A DNA stretch of 64,000 nucleotides from an uncultured bacterium (GTDB taxonomy: Bacteria > Omnitrophota > Gorgyraeia > Duberdicusellales > CBEUCJ01), in the NCBI GenBank assembly GCA_965541615.1, contig CBEUCJ010000004.1, positions 91,071 to 155,070 of the forward strand, given 5' to 3'. Of the stretch, positions 12,722-23,946 are shown one piece after another. How positions within the stretch are numbered: position 1 is the first letter of the stretch; the number at the start of each line of letters is the position of its first letter. A program made the position numbers and the translations under genes. The notes beneath the pieces are model-generated. The model was given only the letters and a program-made list of their open reading frames with translations, was not told the DNA's origin and did no database searches.

Positions 12722-13552
12722 ATGGGATTAAAAAGATATAAACCTACAACTCCAGGTTTGAGGTTTGCTGTAAGACCTGATTTTTCAGAGATTACTAAAA
12801 CTGAACCTGAAAAGTCTTTAACAGTTCCTTTGAAAAAGACAGGTGGAAGAAATAATCAAGGAAGAATTACAGTTAGATTTAGAGGCAGAGGGCATAAAAG
12901 ATTATATAGAATTATAGATTTTAAGAGAGATAAGTTAGATATTGAAGGAAAAGTGATAGCTATAGAATATGATCCTAACAGAACTGCTCGTATAGCTTTG
13001 ATTGAATATCCAGATGGTGAAAAAAGATATATTTTGTGGCCTGAAGGTTTAAAGGTGGGAGACAGTATAATTAGCACTAAATCTGAGAAGGCTGAGATAA
13101 AAGTAGGAAATTGCATGCCTTTGAGGTTTATTCCTTTGGGAACTTATATTCACAATATTGAGTTGAAGATAGGTAAAGGCGGTCAACTAGTAAGAGCAGC
13201 AGGAACTTATGCTCAAATAATGGCAAAGGAAGGAAATTATGCTCATGTTAAGTTACCATCAGGAGAAATAAGGCTTATTCATTTAGATTGTAGAGCTACA
13301 ATTGGACAGGTAGGTAACATTGAGCATGATAAAGAGATGTTAGGTAAAGCAGGTAGAAAAAGATGGTTAGGTAGAAGACCTCATGTAAGAGGAGTGGCTA
13401 TGAATCCAGTAGACCATCCTCATGGTGGAGGTGAAGGGAGAGCTTCACAAGGTAATCCTCATCCAGTCAGTCCCACAGGTATACCTACTAAAGGATACAA
13501 GACAAGGAAAAGAAAACCTTCAGATAAATATATTGTAAAAAGGAGAAAATAA
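12722..13552 (+). CDS. rplB: 50S ribosomal protein L2
   Basis: Conserved L2 C-terminal block ([23 protein letters not shown]). Confidence 0.95.
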   Translation: MGLKRYKPTTPGLRFAVRPDFSEITKTEPEKSLTVPLKKTGGRNNQGRITVRFRGRGHKRLYRIIDFKRDKLDIEGKVIAIEYDPNRTARIALIEYPDGEKRYILWPEGLKVGDSIISTKSEKAEIKVGNCMPLRFIPLGTYIHNIELKIGKGGQLVRAAGTYAQIMAKEGNYAHVKLPSGEIRLIHLDCRATIGQVGNIEHDKEMLGKAGRKRWLGRRPHVRGVAMNPVDHPHGGGEGRASQGNPHPVSPTGIPTKGYKTRKRKPSDKYIVKRRK

Positions 13553-13553
13553 A

Positions 13554-13841
13554 ATGGGTAGGAGCAAGAAAAAAGGACCTTTTGTGGATCCTAAATTATT
13601 AAAAAAAGTCTTAAAAGCAAAAGAAACAGGTGACAGAAAACCTATTAAGACTTGGTCAAGAGCTTCAATGATTTTGCCAGAATTTGTAGGCTTAACTATA
13701 GCAGTCCATGATGGCAGAAAACATGTTCCTATATTCATAACAGAATCTATGGTGGGACACAGATTAGGAGAGTTTGCTCCTACTCGTAAGTTTATCCAAC
13801 ACGGAGGAGTAAAAGCTAAGAAGGCTTTACAGAAAAAATGA
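13554..13841 (+). CDS. rpsS: 30S ribosomal protein S19
   Basis: GRSKKKGPF...[13 protein letters not shown] is canonical S19. Confidence 0.95.
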   Translation: MGRSKKKGPFVDPKLLKKVLKAKETGDRKPIKTWSRASMILPEFVGLTIAVHDGRKHVPIFITESMVGHRLGEFAPTRKFIQHGGVKAKKALQKK

Positions 13842-14176
13842 TAGCAAAAGCTTGTGCTAAATACATAAGAATATCACCACGTAAAGTAAGACAGGTAATA
13901 AAACTCGTCAAAAATAAAGATGTAAACACAGCTTTAGCTATATTGAAAAATATAAATAAAAGAGCAAAGTATCCTTTAGAAAAAGTTATAAAATCAGCTG
14001 TAAATAATGCTAAACAAAAAGGTTTTAATCAAGATGTCCTTATGATTTCTAAGTTAATAGCTAATCCTGGACCAATTTTAAGAAGATATAGAGCTGCTTC
14101 TTTTGGAAGAGCTGTAAGAATAAGGAGGAGAACTTCTCATATATTAGTAGAATTAGATGTTAAAAAGGCAGGTTAA
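13838..14176 (+). CDS. rplV: 50S ribosomal protein L22
   Basis: L22 family sequence; operon position. Confidence 0.9.
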   Translation: MIAKACAKYIRISPRKVRQVIKLVKNKDVNTALAILKNINKRAKYPLEKVIKSAVNNAKQKGFNQDVLMISKLIANPGPILRRYRAASFGRAVRIRRRTSHILVELDVKKAG

Positions 14177-14179
14177 ACT

Positions 14180-14854
14180 ATGGGACAGAAAGTAAGTCCA
14201 GTAATTTTAAGAATAGGTTTGATAAGAGATTGGAGTTCAAAATGGTTTGTTCCAAAGAAAGTTTTTGCTCAGTTCGTTTATGAAGATTATAAGATAAGAG
14301 ATTTGATCAAAAAAAGTTATCCTCCTGCTACAATTGCAGAAGTTATTATTGAGAGATTATCTACAGGTTCTATAAAGATAAGAATAAGAACTTCAAGACC
14401 AGGAGTAGTAATTGGAAGAGGAGGTAGAGACATAGAAAGAATAAGAGAAGAGATTCAAGAGATGACGAATAAAGAAGTATATATTGAGGTAGAAGAGGTT
14501 TCAAATCCTGCTTTGGAGGCAGTTTTAGTAGCTGAGAATATAGCTTTTCAGTTGGAAAAACGTGTCAATCACAGGCGAGCTATGAAAAGAGCAATTCAGA
14601 TGTGTATGTTAGCAGGAGCAAAGGGAGTAAAAATTAGATGTTCAGGAAGATTAGCTGGAGCTGAAATTGCTAGATCTGAAGTTTATAAAGATGGAAAGAT
14701 TCCTTTATCTAGTTTGAGATGTGATATAGATTATGCATGTAGTGTAGCAAAGACAAGATATGGTACGATTGGAGTTAAAGTTTGGATATACAAAGGAGAT
14801 AAAGAAAAAGGTGCTTATGTAAAAAAAACTGAAACTGAAAAGGAGGCTTCTTAA
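14180..14854 (+). CDS. rpsC: 30S ribosomal protein S3
   Basis: MGQKVSP start and KH domain; S3. Confidence 0.94.
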   Translation: MGQKVSPVILRIGLIRDWSSKWFVPKKVFAQFVYEDYKIRDLIKKSYPPATIAEVIIERLSTGSIKIRIRTSRPGVVIGRGGRDIERIREEIQEMTNKEVYIEVEEVSNPALEAVLVAENIAFQLEKRVNHRRAMKRAIQMCMLAGAKGVKIRCSGRLAGAEIARSEVYKDGKIPLSSLRCDIDYACSVAKTRYGTIGVKVWIYKGDKEKGAYVKKTETEKEAS

Positions 14855-14855
14855 A

Positions 14856-15269
14856 ATGCCTTTAATGCCTAAAAGAGTAAAATATAGAAAGTATCAGAGA
14901 GGGACGATGAAAGGAGTGAGTTTGACAGGAAACCGAGTCTCTTTTGGAGAATTTGGTTTGAAAGCTTTGGGATGTGGATGGTTGACTGCTAACCAAATTG
15001 AGACTTGCAGAGTTTTAATCGCTAGGAAATTAAGAAAAGGAGGAAAATTATGGATAAGAGTTTTTCCTGATAAATCTGTGACTAAAAAACCTGCAGAATC
15101 AAGGATGGGAAAAGGAAAAGGTGAAGTAGATCATTGGGTAGCAGTGGTCCGTAGAGGAAGAATCTTATTTGAGTTAGGAGGTGTTCCTGAAAGTTTGGCA
15201 AGGCAACTTTTTAAACAGTTAGCATATAAACTTCCTTTTAAAACAAAATTTGTAAAGAGGTTATCATGA
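14856..15269 (+). CDS. rplP: 50S ribosomal protein L16
   Basis: [12 protein letters not shown]... is canonical L16. Confidence 0.95.
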   Translation: MPLMPKRVKYRKYQRGTMKGVSLTGNRVSFGEFGLKALGCGWLTANQIETCRVLIARKLRKGGKLWIRVFPDKSVTKKPAESRMGKGKGEVDHWVAVVRRGRILFELGGVPESLARQLFKQLAYKLPFKTKFVKRLS

Positions 15270-15472
15270 CAAAGCCTGATGTTTTTAGACAAATGTCAGA
15301 TGAAGAATTAAAACAAAAACTTGAAGAATTGAGAAAAAAATTATATGATTTAAACTTTCAAAGGGTTACTGGTAGTGTACAAAAGCCTCATTTATTTAAA
15401 GAAATAAGAAAAGATATTGCAAGAATTTTAACGATTTTAAATGAAAGGAAACGAAATGCATCAAAGAGGTAA
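15266..15472 (+). CDS. rpmC: 50S ribosomal protein L29
   Basis: Short helical protein ([14 protein letters not shown]) in L29 position. An AAGAGG RBS precedes the ATG at 15266. Confidence 0.9.
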   Translation: MTKPDVFRQMSDEELKQKLEELRKKLYDLNFQRVTGSVQKPHLFKEIRKDIARILTILNERKRNASKR

Positions 15473-15776
15473 GAGAAAAATCTTAGAAGGAGTCGTAGTA
15501 TCAGATAAAATGCAAAAGACTAGAGTAGTGGTAGTAGAGAGATTAAAAAGGCATCCTTTATATGGAAAAGTAATGAGAGTATACAAAAGATATAAAGTCC
15601 ATGATGAAAAAGAAACAGCTCAGGTAGGTGACAGAGTGAGAATAATTGAGACTAGACCTTTATCTAAAGAAAAAAGATTTAGAATATTAGAAATTATAAA
15701 AAAAGCAAGTTTACAGGAAAGAGAAGAAGTCTTAAGAAAAGAAGAGCTTAAAAAATTAAGAAATAAGAAAAAATGA
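15456..15776 (+). CDS. rpsQ: 30S ribosomal protein S17, with a Lys/Glu-rich C-terminal tail
   Basis: [19 protein letters not shown] is the S17 OB fold. The ATG at 15456 has an AAAGGA RBS. The ORF-track start 15441 is an upstream in-frame ATG without an RBS. Confidence 0.9.
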   Translation: MHQRGKRKILEGVVVSDKMQKTRVVVVERLKRHPLYGKVMRVYKRYKVHDEKETAQVGDRVRIIETRPLSKEKRFRILEIIKKASLQEREEVLRKEELKKLRNKKK

Positions 15777-16141
15777 TATATCTAAGGACCAGATTGATAG
15801 TAGCAGATAACACAGGAGCAAAAAAGGTAGCTTGTATTGGAGTTATAGGTAAGAAAAATAAAAAGTATGCAGAAGTAGGAGATATCATTTCAGCTTCAGT
15901 AAAAGAAGCTTTACCTGAAAGTTCTGTTAAAAAGGGCGAAGTGGTTTGGTGTGTAGTTGTAAGACAAAGAAAGCCTATTAGAAGAAAAGATGGTTCTTGG
16001 GTAAGATTTGATACAAATGCCTGTGTAATAATAGATAAACAGGGAAATCCTAAAGGTACTCGTGTATTTGGACCTGTAGCTAGAGAATTGAGAGAGAAAA
16101 ATTTTACTAAGATTCTTTCTTTAGCTCCAGAGGTAGTATGA
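15773..16141 (+). CDS. rplN: 50S ribosomal protein L14
   Basis: [13 protein letters not shown] is canonical L14. Confidence 0.95.
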   Translation: MIYLRTRLIVADNTGAKKVACIGVIGKKNKKYAEVGDIISASVKEALPESSVKKGEVVWCVVVRQRKPIRRKDGSWVRFDTNACVIIDKQGNPKGTRVFGPVARELREKNFTKILSLAPEVV

Positions 16142-16452
16142 GTTTGAGAATTAAAAAAGGTGATTTAGTAGTAGTAATAGCTGGTAAAGATAAAGGTAAA
16201 AAAGGAAAGGTTTTAAAAGTCTTACCTAAGAAAAATAGAGCTATTGTGGAAGGAGTAAATTTAGTTAAAAAGCATATAAGAAGAAGATCTGAAGAGGAAA
16301 AAGGAGGTATAATTGAGATTCCTGCTCCTATTCATATTTCTAATTTGATGTTGTATTGTAAAAATTGTAATAGAGGAGTAAGATTTAAAACTCAAATTTT
16401 AGAAGATAACACTAAAGTAAGAGTATGCAAAAAATGTCACAGCCAACTTTAA
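16138..16452 (+). CDS. rplX: 50S ribosomal protein L24, with a C-terminal CxxC...CxxC extension
   Basis: N-terminal KOW motif ([21 protein letters not shown]). The C-terminus reads CKNC...CKKC. Confidence 0.92.
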   Translation: MSLRIKKGDLVVVIAGKDKGKKGKVLKVLPKKNRAIVEGVNLVKKHIRRRSEEEKGGIIEIPAPIHISNLMLYCKNCNRGVRFKTQILEDNTKVRVCKKCHSQL

Positions 16453-17006
16453 AAGAAGAATATATACCAAATCTTTTGAAAAAATATAGAGAAAATATAG
16501 TACCTAAATTAATGCAAAAATTTGGTTATAAAAATCCTTTGCAAGTACCCAGATTAGTAAAAGTAGTGGTAAACATGGGATGTGGCGAAGCTGCTCACGA
16601 TAGTTCAATTTTAGATCAATTAATGAGAGATTTAGCTTTAATAACAGGTCAAAAACCAAAAGTTTGTAGAGCAAGAAAGCCAATATCTAATTTTAAGATA
16701 AAAAGAGGAAGTCCTGTGGGGTTAAAGGTGACTTTAAGAAGGAAGATGATGTATGAGTTTTTAGAAAGATTGCTTACTTTTGCTATTCCAAGAATTAAAG
16801 ATTTTAGAGGATTAAATCCAAATTCTTTTGATGATGCAGGTAATTACTCATTTGGAATTTCAGAGCATACTATTTTTTGTGAATTGGATTTAGATAAAGT
16901 AAAACATGTTCAAGGTATGGATATAAATGTAGTAACGACTGCCAAAACTAAAGAAGAAGCACGTGCTTTACTAGAAGAGTTAGGGTTTCCTTTTAAAAAG
17001 AGGTGA
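16425..17006 (+). CDS. rplE: 50S ribosomal protein L5
   Basis: L5 family ([11 protein letters not shown]...). The start is ambiguous: ATG at 16425 or at 16434. Either overlaps the rplX 3' end. Confidence 0.92.
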   Translation: MQKMSQPTLKEEYIPNLLKKYRENIVPKLMQKFGYKNPLQVPRLVKVVVNMGCGEAAHDSSILDQLMRDLALITGQKPKVCRARKPISNFKIKRGSPVGLKVTLRRKMMYEFLERLLTFAIPRIKDFRGLNPNSFDDAGNYSFGISEHTIFCELDLDKVKHVQGMDINVVTTAKTKEEARALLEELGFPFKKR

Positions 17007-17013
17007 AAAACTT

Positions 17014-17202
17014 ATGGCAAGGAAAGCTAAATACATGAGATGGAAACAGCAGAGAGTGAAGTTTAAAACTAGGATTAGAAACAGATGTAATATCTGTGGA
17101 AGACCCAGAGGTTATATGAGAATGTTTGGGATATGTAGAATTTGTTTTAGAGAGTTAGCTTGGAAGGGTCAAATTCCTGGAGTAAAAAAAGCTAGCTGGT
17201 AA
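17014..17202 (+). CDS. rpsZ: 30S ribosomal protein S14, type Z (zinc-binding, 61-62 aa)
   Basis: CNICGRPRG...CRICFRE is the S14-Z zinc ribbon. Confidence 0.94.
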   Translation: MARKAKYMRWKQQRVKFKTRIRNRCNICGRPRGYMRMFGICRICFRELAWKGQIPGVKKASW

Positions 17203-17204
17203 GA

Positions 17205-17597
17205 ATGCAAACAGATCCTATTGCTGATAGTTTAATAGCTATAAAGAACGCTTATATGGCAAAAAAAGATATTACAGAGATAAAGTCGTCTAAGTTGTTA
17301 GAGAAGATATGTGAGATTCTAAAGCGAGAAGGTTACATTGAAAATTACAGAAAGATAGAAGATAACAAGCAAGGGATTTTAAGGATATATTTAAAATATG
17401 AGAAAAATAGACCAGCAATTACTCAGATAAAAAGGATCTCTAAACCTGGAAGAAGAGTTTATGTTACTAAAGATAAGATTCCACAAGTTTTACAAGGGTA
17501 TGGAATAGCTATCCTTACTACTTCTAAAGGAGTGCTTACTGATAAAGAAGCTAGAAAGTTAGGAGTGGGAGGAGAAGTTATCTGTTATGTTTGGTAG
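17205..17597 (+). CDS. rpsH: 30S ribosomal protein S8
   Basis: [16 protein letters not shown]... is canonical S8. Confidence 0.95.
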   Translation: MQTDPIADSLIAIKNAYMAKKDITEIKSSKLLEKICEILKREGYIENYRKIEDNKQGILRIYLKYEKNRPAITQIKRISKPGRRVYVTKDKIPQVLQGYGIAILTTSKGVLTDKEARKLGVGGEVICYVW

Positions 17598-17606
17598 GAG
17601 GTCTTT

Positions 17607-18146
17607 ATGAGTAAGATTGGGAGAAGACCTGTTCCTGTTCCTCAGAATGTAAAAGTGGAAATCAAAGAAAGAAAGGTAGTAGTTTCAGGACCTAAAGGGA
17701 ATTTGGAATGGGAGTTACCTGAAGGCATAAGTTGTGAGTTAAAAGATAATATGATTTTTGTGAAAAGAAAAGATGATTCAAAAAGACAAAAGTCTTTTCA
17801 TGGATTAGCAAGAGCTTTGATAAACAATATGGTTGTTGGAGTCTCTCAAGGTTATCAGAAAGAATTAGAGATTGTAGGAACAGGTTATAAAGCCCAGATG
17901 AAAGGAAAGACTCTTGTTCTAAATCTGGGATTTTCACATCCTGTGGAGGTAACACCTCCTGAAGGGATTGAAATTCAGACACCTAGTCCAGTAAGGATCG
18001 TAGTAAAAGGGATAGATAAACAGAAAGTAGGCCAAGTTGCAGCTGATATAAGGAAGATATATCCTCCTGAACCTTATAAAGGAAAAGGGATAAGATATGC
18101 AGGAGAAGAAGTTAGAAGGAAATTAGGAAAAGCTATGGGTAAATAA
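17607..18146 (+). CDS. rplF: 50S ribosomal protein L6
   Basis: [12 protein letters not shown] start; L6 two-domain repeat. Confidence 0.94.
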   Translation: MSKIGRRPVPVPQNVKVEIKERKVVVSGPKGNLEWELPEGISCELKDNMIFVKRKDDSKRQKSFHGLARALINNMVVGVSQGYQKELEIVGTGYKAQMKGKTLVLNLGFSHPVEVTPPEGIEIQTPSPVRIVVKGIDKQKVGQVAADIRKIYPPEPYKGKGIRYAGEEVRRKLGKAMGK

Positions 18147-18147
18147 A

Positions 18148-18507
18148 ATGACACAGCTATTTGGAAGAGAGAGAAGAAGAAAGAGGATAAGAAAAAAAAT
18201 TAAAGGAACTCCAGAAAGACCTAGGTTAAATGTTTTCAGGTCTAACAAGCATATCTATGCACAGATTATAGATGACACAAAAGGACATACTTTAGTTTCA
18301 GCATCTACTTTGGATAAAGAATTTAAATCAAAAGCAGAAGAAAAAATGACTCGCACGCAAGCAGCTTATTTAGTTGGAGAACTATTGGCAAAAAAAGCCT
18401 TAGAAAAAAATATAAAAAAAGTATGTTTTGATAGAGCAGGTTATAAATACCATGGAAGAGTAAAGGCTTTGGCTGAAGGTGCAAGGAAAGGGGGTTTAGA
18501 GTTTTAA
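18148..18507 (+). CDS. rplR: 50S ribosomal protein L18
   Basis: [18 protein letters not shown] is canonical L18. Confidence 0.94.
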   Translation: MTQLFGRERRRKRIRKKIKGTPERPRLNVFRSNKHIYAQIIDDTKGHTLVSASTLDKEFKSKAEEKMTRTQAAYLVGELLAKKALEKNIKKVCFDRAGYKYHGRVKALAEGARKGGLEF

Positions 18508-18510
18508 ATT

Positions 18511-19014
18511 ATGCAAGAGTTAAAAAAGATTGAGCAAAAAATAGAAAAGATAGAATCTGAATCTCAAGAACCAGAAGCATTTATTGAAAAGATAGTTCAC
18601 ATCAACAGATGCACTAAGGTAACAAAGGGTGGCAAAAACCTTCATTTTTCAGCTTTAGTGATAGTAGGAAATGGTAAAGGAAAAGTAGGTTTTGGTTTAG
18701 GAAAAGCAAATGAAGTAGCTGATGCCATCAGAAAAGGAATAAAATTAGCAAAAAAGAATTTAATAGAAGTCCCTTTAAAAGAATCAAGGACTATTCCTCA
18801 TGAAGTTAAAGTAAAATTTAGAGCTACAGAGGTTTTGCTTAAACCTGCTTCTCGTGGAACAGGTGTTATAGCTTGTAGTGTTATTAGAGCTATATGTGAA
18901 TGTTGTGGAATAAAAGATATTCTTACAAAAATTTTAAGAAAATCTTCAAATCCTATAAATGTTACTTACTGTGTGTTTAAAGCTTTTAGTTATTTAAAAC
19001 CTGTAAAAACTTAA
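18511..19014 (+). CDS. rpsE: 30S ribosomal protein S5
   Basis: S5 dsRBD plus C-terminal domain (VVGNGKGKVGFGLGKA). Confidence 0.94.
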   Translation: MQELKKIEQKIEKIESESQEPEAFIEKIVHINRCTKVTKGGKNLHFSALVIVGNGKGKVGFGLGKANEVADAIRKGIKLAKKNLIEVPLKESRTIPHEVKVKFRATEVLLKPASRGTGVIACSVIRAICECCGIKDILTKILRKSSNPINVTYCVFKAFSYLKPVKT

Positions 19015-19016
19015 AA

Positions 19017-19460
19017 ATGTTAGGGATTCATAATTTAAAAAAACCTAAAGGAGCTAGTAAAAAGAAAAAAAGAGTAGGTTGCGGGCCAGGTTCAGGTCAT
19101 GGTAAGACTTCCACTAGAGGTCATAAAGGTCAAGGTCAACATGCAGGTTCAAAGACATACATTGGTTTTGAAGGAGGAAAAATCCCATTTTTCAGACATA
19201 TTCCCAAAAGAGGCTTTACACCCCCTTTTAGAAAAATATACCAAGTAGTCAATCTTAAAGATATCCAAGAAAGATTTGAAGAAGGAGAAGAAGTCACCCC
19301 TATTACTCTTAGATTGAAAGGATTGATAAGAGATGAGAAAAAGCCAGTTAAAATTTTAGGAGAAGGCAATTTAAAAAAACCCTTGGTCTTTAAGGTAGAT
19401 AAATTGAGTAAGAAAGCAAAAGAAGTAATAGAAAGAGTAGGAGGAAAAATTTTATGTTAA
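19017..19460 (+). CDS. rplO: 50S ribosomal protein L15. It follows rpsE directly; no L30 gene lies between them.
   Basis: Gly-rich N-terminus (GCGPGSGHGKTSTRGHKGQ); L15. Confidence 0.93.
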   Translation: MLGIHNLKKPKGASKKKKRVGCGPGSGHGKTSTRGHKGQGQHAGSKTYIGFEGGKIPFFRHIPKRGFTPPFRKIYQVVNLKDIQERFEEGEEVTPITLRLKGLIRDEKKPVKILGEGNLKKPLVFKVDKLSKKAKEVIERVGGKILC

Positions 19461-20803
19461 AGAGTTTAATAAATTGTTTTAAAATTCCAGATTTAAGAAA
19501 AAAGTTACTTATAACTTTAGGGTTATTAGCTGTATACAGATTAGGATGTTTTATTCCTATTCCTGGTATAAACATAGAAGCTTTAGATGAGTATTTTAGA
19601 AAGATAGCTGAATCTCAAGGAGTACCTACTCTATTTGGATTTATGAACCTTTTTACAGGTGGTGCTTTTAGAAGATTGACTATATTTGCTTTAGGGATTA
19701 TGCCTTACATTTCTGCTTCTATTATTATGCAACTTTTAACAGCTGTAGTTCCTTACTTAGAAAAATTATCCAAGGAAGGAAGAGCAGGCTACTTAAAAAT
19801 AAATCAATATGCAAGAGTTTTGACTTTATTTTTATGTATTATACAAGGTTTTTTCATAGCTTTGTGGTTAGAAAATCCAGGCCAAAGATTTTCTAACATT
19901 GTAGAAAATCCTGGTTGGGGGTTTAGATTAAATACAATAATAACTTTGGCATGTGGAAGTATTTTTATAATGTGGTTAGGTGAACAGTTGCAAGAAAGAG
20001 GAGTAGGTGGAATATCTTTAATAATAGCTGTGAGTATTATTTCCAGAGTACCTGCAGCTTTAAGCTATTTAGGAATGTTATTAAGGGGTAAAGCTCCATT
20101 TTCAGGAGAATGGGATATTCTTAAATTAATTGTACTTTCTGTTATATGGATAGGAGTAGTAATAGGAGTAGTTTTAATGACACAAGCCCAAAGAAGAGTT
20201 CAAATTCAATATGCAAGAAGGATAGTTGGAAGAAGAGTATATGGAGGAGGAGTTACCTATCTTCCTATAAGAGTAGATCAAGCAGGAATATTAGCAATAA
20301 TTTTTGCTCAAGCTGTGCTATCTTTTCCAGCTACCATTGCTACTTTTTTTCCTGGTTCTAAAATGCAAAGTCTTTTTAAAATATTTTTTGTAAGAAATAT
20401 TTGGTACAATTTAATTTATGCAGGGTTAATAATATTTTTTATGTATTTTTATACAGCTATAGTGTTTAATCCTACCGAAATCAGCAATAATTTAAAAAAA
20501 TCAGGTGGTTTTATTCCAGGTGTAAGACCTGGAAGACAAACAGCTGATTTTTTAGATTATGTAGTCACAAGAATTACCTTTGTTGGAGCTTTATACATTG
20601 CTTTTATCGCACTTTTTCCAGATATAGTGATGGGATGGTTTAAATTACCTTCTTACATGATAGCTTCTTTTTTTGGAGGCACGACCCTTTTAATAGTAGT
20701 AGGTGTAATGTTAGATACTATGCGTCAGATAGAGTCACAGTTATTATTAAGACATTATGAAGGTTTTACAAAATCTGGCAGATTAAGAGGAAGAAGATGG
20801 TAA
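19454..20803 (+). CDS. secY: Preprotein translocase subunit SecY
   Basis: Ten-TM profile and SecY motifs (GIMPYISASIIMQLL); end of the spc operon. Confidence 0.95.
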   Translation: MLKSLINCFKIPDLRKKLLITLGLLAVYRLGCFIPIPGINIEALDEYFRKIAESQGVPTLFGFMNLFTGGAFRRLTIFALGIMPYISASIIMQLLTAVVPYLEKLSKEGRAGYLKINQYARVLTLFLCIIQGFFIALWLENPGQRFSNIVENPGWGFRLNTIITLACGSIFIMWLGEQLQERGVGGISLIIAVSIISRVPAALSYLGMLLRGKAPFSGEWDILKLIVLSVIWIGVVIGVVLMTQAQRRVQIQYARRIVGRRVYGGGVTYLPIRVDQAGILAIIFAQAVLSFPATIATFFPGSKMQSLFKIFFVRNIWYNLIYAGLIIFFMYFYTAIVFNPTEISNNLKKSGGFIPGVRPGRQTADFLDYVVTRITFVGALYIAFIALFPDIVMGWFKLPSYMIASFFGGTTLLIVVGVMLDTMRQIESQLLLRHYEGFTKSGRLRGRRW

Positions 20804-21447
20804 CTTTAGTCTTTTTAGGAGCACCAGGTGCTGGTAAAGGCACTCAAGCTCAAATTTTAAAAGAAAGATATAATTTTTTGCATATTTCTACAGGTGATAT
20901 TTTAAGGGCTGAAAAAGAAAAAAATACAGAGTTGAGTAAAAGGATAAGAGAGATAATGGAAAAAGGAGAATTAGTTCCAGATGAGATAGTGGTTCAAGTT
21001 CTAAAAGAGAATATTAAAGACTTAGATGCAAAAAATGGCATAATATTTGATGGATTTCCTAGAACAGTAAGACAAGCAGAAATGTTAGAGGAAATGTTAA
21101 AGGAGAAGAATTTAATTTTAGACAAAGTCTTCTTTTTTGAAGTTAGTAAAGATAAAGTGATAGAGAGATTATCAAAAAGACTTATTTGTAAAAATTGCGG
21201 GAAGATTTATCATTTAAAAAATATGCCTCCCAAAGTAGATGGAATCTGTGATGATTGTGGCGGAGAATTAATTCAAAGAGAAGACGATAAAGAAGAAGTG
21301 GTAGAAAATAGATGGAAAAACTATTTAGAGCAAACAAAGCCTTTAATAGATTTTTATTCAAAAAAAGGAATTTTAGTTAGAATAAATGCAGATTTGGAAA
21401 AAGAAGAAACTTTTAGAGAAATAAGAGAAATTCTTAATTTGAAATGA
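20797..21447 (+). CDS. adk: Adenylate kinase with a Zn-binding lid
   Basis: P-loop GAPGAGKGTQ and a C4 lid (CKNCG...CDDCG). Confidence 0.95.
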   Translation: MVTLVFLGAPGAGKGTQAQILKERYNFLHISTGDILRAEKEKNTELSKRIREIMEKGELVPDEIVVQVLKENIKDLDAKNGIIFDGFPRTVRQAEMLEEMLKEKNLILDKVFFFEVSKDKVIERLSKRLICKNCGKIYHLKNMPPKVDGICDDCGGELIQREDDKEEVVENRWKNYLEQTKPLIDFYSKKGILVRINADLEKEETFREIREILNLK

Positions 21448-22187
21448 TAGCAAAAACTTCTCAAGAAATGGAGATGTTAAAAAAGGCAGGCCGAATCTGT
21501 GCAGAATTGTTACGTTCTATAAAGAGTTTAATAAGACCAGGTATAAATACTAAAGAGCTCGATATCTTTGCTGAAAAGTTTATTAATGAAAAAGGAGCCA
21601 AACCTGCTTTTAAAGGGTACAGAGGATACCCAGCTACAATCTGTGTCTCTATAAATGAAGAGATAGTCCATGGTATTCCTCACGATAATAAGAAAATAAA
21701 AGAGGGAGATTTGGTTAGTATAGATGTAGGAGTGAATTTCCAAGGTTTTTATGCAGATGCAGCTAAAAGTTTTGGAGTAGGCAAAATCAAGAAAGTTTTA
21801 AAAAAATTGTTAAAGGTAACTTACCAAGCTCTTCTTTTAGGAATAAAGAAAGCTAAAGCAGGAAATTATGTAGGAGATATATCTTCTGCTATTCAAAATT
21901 TTGTTGAAAAAAATGGATTTAATGTTATAAGAGAATATACAGGTCATGGAATAGGAAGAAATTTGCATGAAGCACCACAAATTCCTAACTTTGGTAGAGA
22001 AAGAGAAGGAGAAAGATTAGAAGAAGGTATGGTTTTAGCTATAGAACCTATGGTAGCGGCTGGTTCTTATGAAGTGATAGTTTTAGATGATGGATGGACA
22101 GCAATAACTAAAGACAGATTACCTGCTGCTCATTTTGAACATACAGTTTTAGTTACAAAAAAAGGGGGTTATATCTTAACAAAATGA
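21444..22187 (+). CDS. map: Methionine aminopeptidase type I
   Basis: MetAP metal ligands in conserved context (D..D..H..E..E). Confidence 0.93.
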   Translation: MIAKTSQEMEMLKKAGRICAELLRSIKSLIRPGINTKELDIFAEKFINEKGAKPAFKGYRGYPATICVSINEEIVHGIPHDNKKIKEGDLVSIDVGVNFQGFYADAAKSFGVGKIKKVLKKLLKVTYQALLLGIKKAKAGNYVGDISSAIQNFVEKNGFNVIREYTGHGIGRNLHEAPQIPNFGREREGERLEEGMVLAIEPMVAAGSYEVIVLDDGWTAITKDRLPAAHFEHTVLVTKKGGYILTK

Positions 22188-22402
22188 AGGAGGAAAAAAT
22201 AGAGGTAGATGGCACAGTCTTAGAAGCTTTGCCAAATGCTATGTTTAGGGTAGAGTTAGAGAATGGTTTAAAAGTTTTAGCTCATGTGTGTGGAAAGATG
22301 AGAATGCATTTTATAAGAATAGTTCCTGGTGATAAAGTTAAAGTGGAACTCTCACCTTACGACTTAACTAGAGGAAGAATAATCTATAGATATTCAAAAT
22401 GA
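22184..22402 (+). CDS. infA: Translation initiation factor IF-1
   Basis: 72 aa S1-like OB fold ([19 protein letters not shown]). Confidence 0.95.
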   Translation: MKEEKIEVDGTVLEALPNAMFRVELENGLKVLAHVCGKMRMHFIRIVPGDKVKVELSPYDLTRGRIIYRYSK

Positions 22403-22512
22403 AGGTAAGGAGTTCAGTTAAAAAAATTTGTGATAAATGTAAGATAGTAAAAAGAAAAGGAATAGTGAGAGTTATCTGTAAAAATCCAAAACATAAGCAA
22501 AGGCAGGGTTAA
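22399..22512 (+). CDS. rpmJ: 50S ribosomal protein L36 (37 aa; not in the supplied ORF track)
   Basis: Manual translation gives [37 protein letters not shown], a canonical L36 C3H zinc ribbon. Its ATG overlaps the infA stop. Confidence 0.92.
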   Translation: MKVRSSVKKICDKCKIVKRKGIVRVICKNPKHKQRQG

Positions 22513-22514
22513 AG

Positions 22515-22892
22515 ATGGCAAGAATAGCAGGAGTAGAACTTCCTAAAGATAAAAAAATTTGGGTGAGTCTAACTTACATATATGGAGTAGGTCCTTCTAA
22601 TACTTTTTGGATATTAAAAGAAGCAGGAGTAGACCCTAATAAAAGAACAAGAGATTTGACAGATGAAGAGGTAGCTAAAATCAGTCAGGTAATATCCAGT
22701 AAGTATAAAGTAGAAGGAGAGTTAAGAAGGGAGGTGGCTCAAAATATAAGGAGATTGATAGAAATAAACTGTTATAGAGGAATAAGACATAAAAAAGGTT
22801 TACCTGTAAGAGGACAAAGGACAAGATGTAATGCAAGGACTAGGAAAGGACCTAGACCTAGAGTTGGTGGGATTAAGAAAAAGGAAAAGTAA
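22515..22892 (+). CDS. rpsM: 30S ribosomal protein S13
   Basis: [14 protein letters not shown]... is canonical S13. Confidence 0.95.
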   Translation: MARIAGVELPKDKKIWVSLTYIYGVGPSNTFWILKEAGVDPNKRTRDLTDEEVAKISQVISSKYKVEGELRREVAQNIRRLIEINCYRGIRHKKGLPVRGQRTRCNARTRKGPRPRVGGIKKKEK

Positions 22893-22894
22893 AT

Positions 22895-23296
22895 ATGGCT
22901 AAAAAGAGAGATAAATTTAAAAAGAAAAAAAAGAAAAAGTTAGATAAAGAGATAACAAGAGGTATAGCACATATTAAAGCAACTTTTAATAATACTATAA
23001 TTACCATTACAGATCTTAATGGAAATACTATTGTGTGGTCTTCAGGAGGAGTAGCAGGTTTTAAAGGAACAAAGAAATCTACTCCATATGCAGCTCAACA
23101 AGCAGCGAGTGATGCTGCAAAACGTGCTAAAGAATTAGGGTTAAAAGAAGTTGAAGTAAAGGTTAAAGGTCCAGGACCAGGAAGAGAGGCAGCTATTAGA
23201 GCTATACAAGCTGCAGGTCTTCAAGTAGTAGCTATAAAAGATGTAACACCTGTTCCTCATAACGGGTGTAGACCTCCTAAAAAAAGGAGAGTTTAA
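22895..23296 (+). CDS. rpsK: 30S ribosomal protein S11, with a poly-Lys N-terminal extension
   Basis: S11 core ([18 protein letters not shown]). Confidence 0.94.
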   Translation: MAKKRDKFKKKKKKKLDKEITRGIAHIKATFNNTIITITDLNGNTIVWSSGGVAGFKGTKKSTPYAAQQAASDAAKRAKELGLKEVEVKVKGPGPGREAAIRAIQAAGLQVVAIKDVTPVPHNGCRPPKKRRV

Positions 23297-23298
23297 AA

Positions 23299-23931
23299 AT
23301 GGCAAGATACACAGGTCCAAAATGCAGATTATGTAGAAGAGAAGGGATGAAATTATTTCTAAAAGGGTTAAAATGCTATACTGAAAAGTGCCCTTTTACT
23401 AAAAGACCTTTTCCTCCAGGTCAACATGGCAGAACTCCTCGTCCTAAACCTTCTTATTATGCTTTACAGTTAAGAGAAAAACAAAAATTGAAGAGAATAT
23501 ATGGAATGTTAGAAAAGCAATTTAAAAGGTTTTTTAAGATAGCTGAAAGAAAGAAAGGTGAAACTGGAAGGATTCTAATTCAACTTTTAGAAAGAAGATT
23601 AGACAATGTAGTGTTCAGAGCATGCTTTGCAGTTTCACGTAATCAAGCTCGTCAAATAGTAAGACATGGATTTGTGTTAGTAAATGGTAAAAAAGTGGAT
23701 ATACCCTCTTATTTAGTTAGAGAAGGAGATAAAATAACTTTAAAAGAAAAAGAAAATATTAGGAATATGGTAAAAGACAACATAAAGATAATAACACGAG
23801 AAAGATCTGTACCCAATTGGTTAGAGGTAGATTTTGATAAGTTGGAGATAAAAGTATTAAGATTGCCAGAAAAAGAAGATACAGGTTTACCTATCCAAGA
23901 GCAATTGATTGTGGAATTATATTCAAAATAA
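23299..23931 (+). CDS. rpsD: 30S ribosomal protein S4, with a zinc-binding N-terminus
   Basis: [16 protein letters not shown]...C..C; S4. Confidence 0.94.
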   Translation: MARYTGPKCRLCRREGMKLFLKGLKCYTEKCPFTKRPFPPGQHGRTPRPKPSYYALQLREKQKLKRIYGMLEKQFKRFFKIAERKKGETGRILIQLLERRLDNVVFRACFAVSRNQARQIVRHGFVLVNGKKVDIPSYLVREGDKITLKEKENIRNMVKDNIKIITRERSVPNWLEVDFDKLEIKVLRLPEKEDTGLPIQEQLIVELYSK

Positions 23932-23946
23932 GGAGGGATTAAAAAA

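Noticed and set aside
15441-15472. Possible programmed frameshift or fusion at the rpmC/rpsQ, rplX/rplE, leuD/idh and tmk/holB overlaps (17-31 nt).
   Set aside because: Each downstream gene has its own in-frame start and a complete conserved N-terminus. There are no slippery heptamers. Overlaps of this size recur throughout the window, so this looks like genome compaction rather than recoding.
20146-20361. Same-strand alternative-frame ORFs inside secY (20146-20361) and inside the lolC-like gene (38894-39130).
   Set aside because: They are out of frame within well-supported genes and have low-complexity products (S/N/R-rich). No start context is visible. These are chance ORFs.
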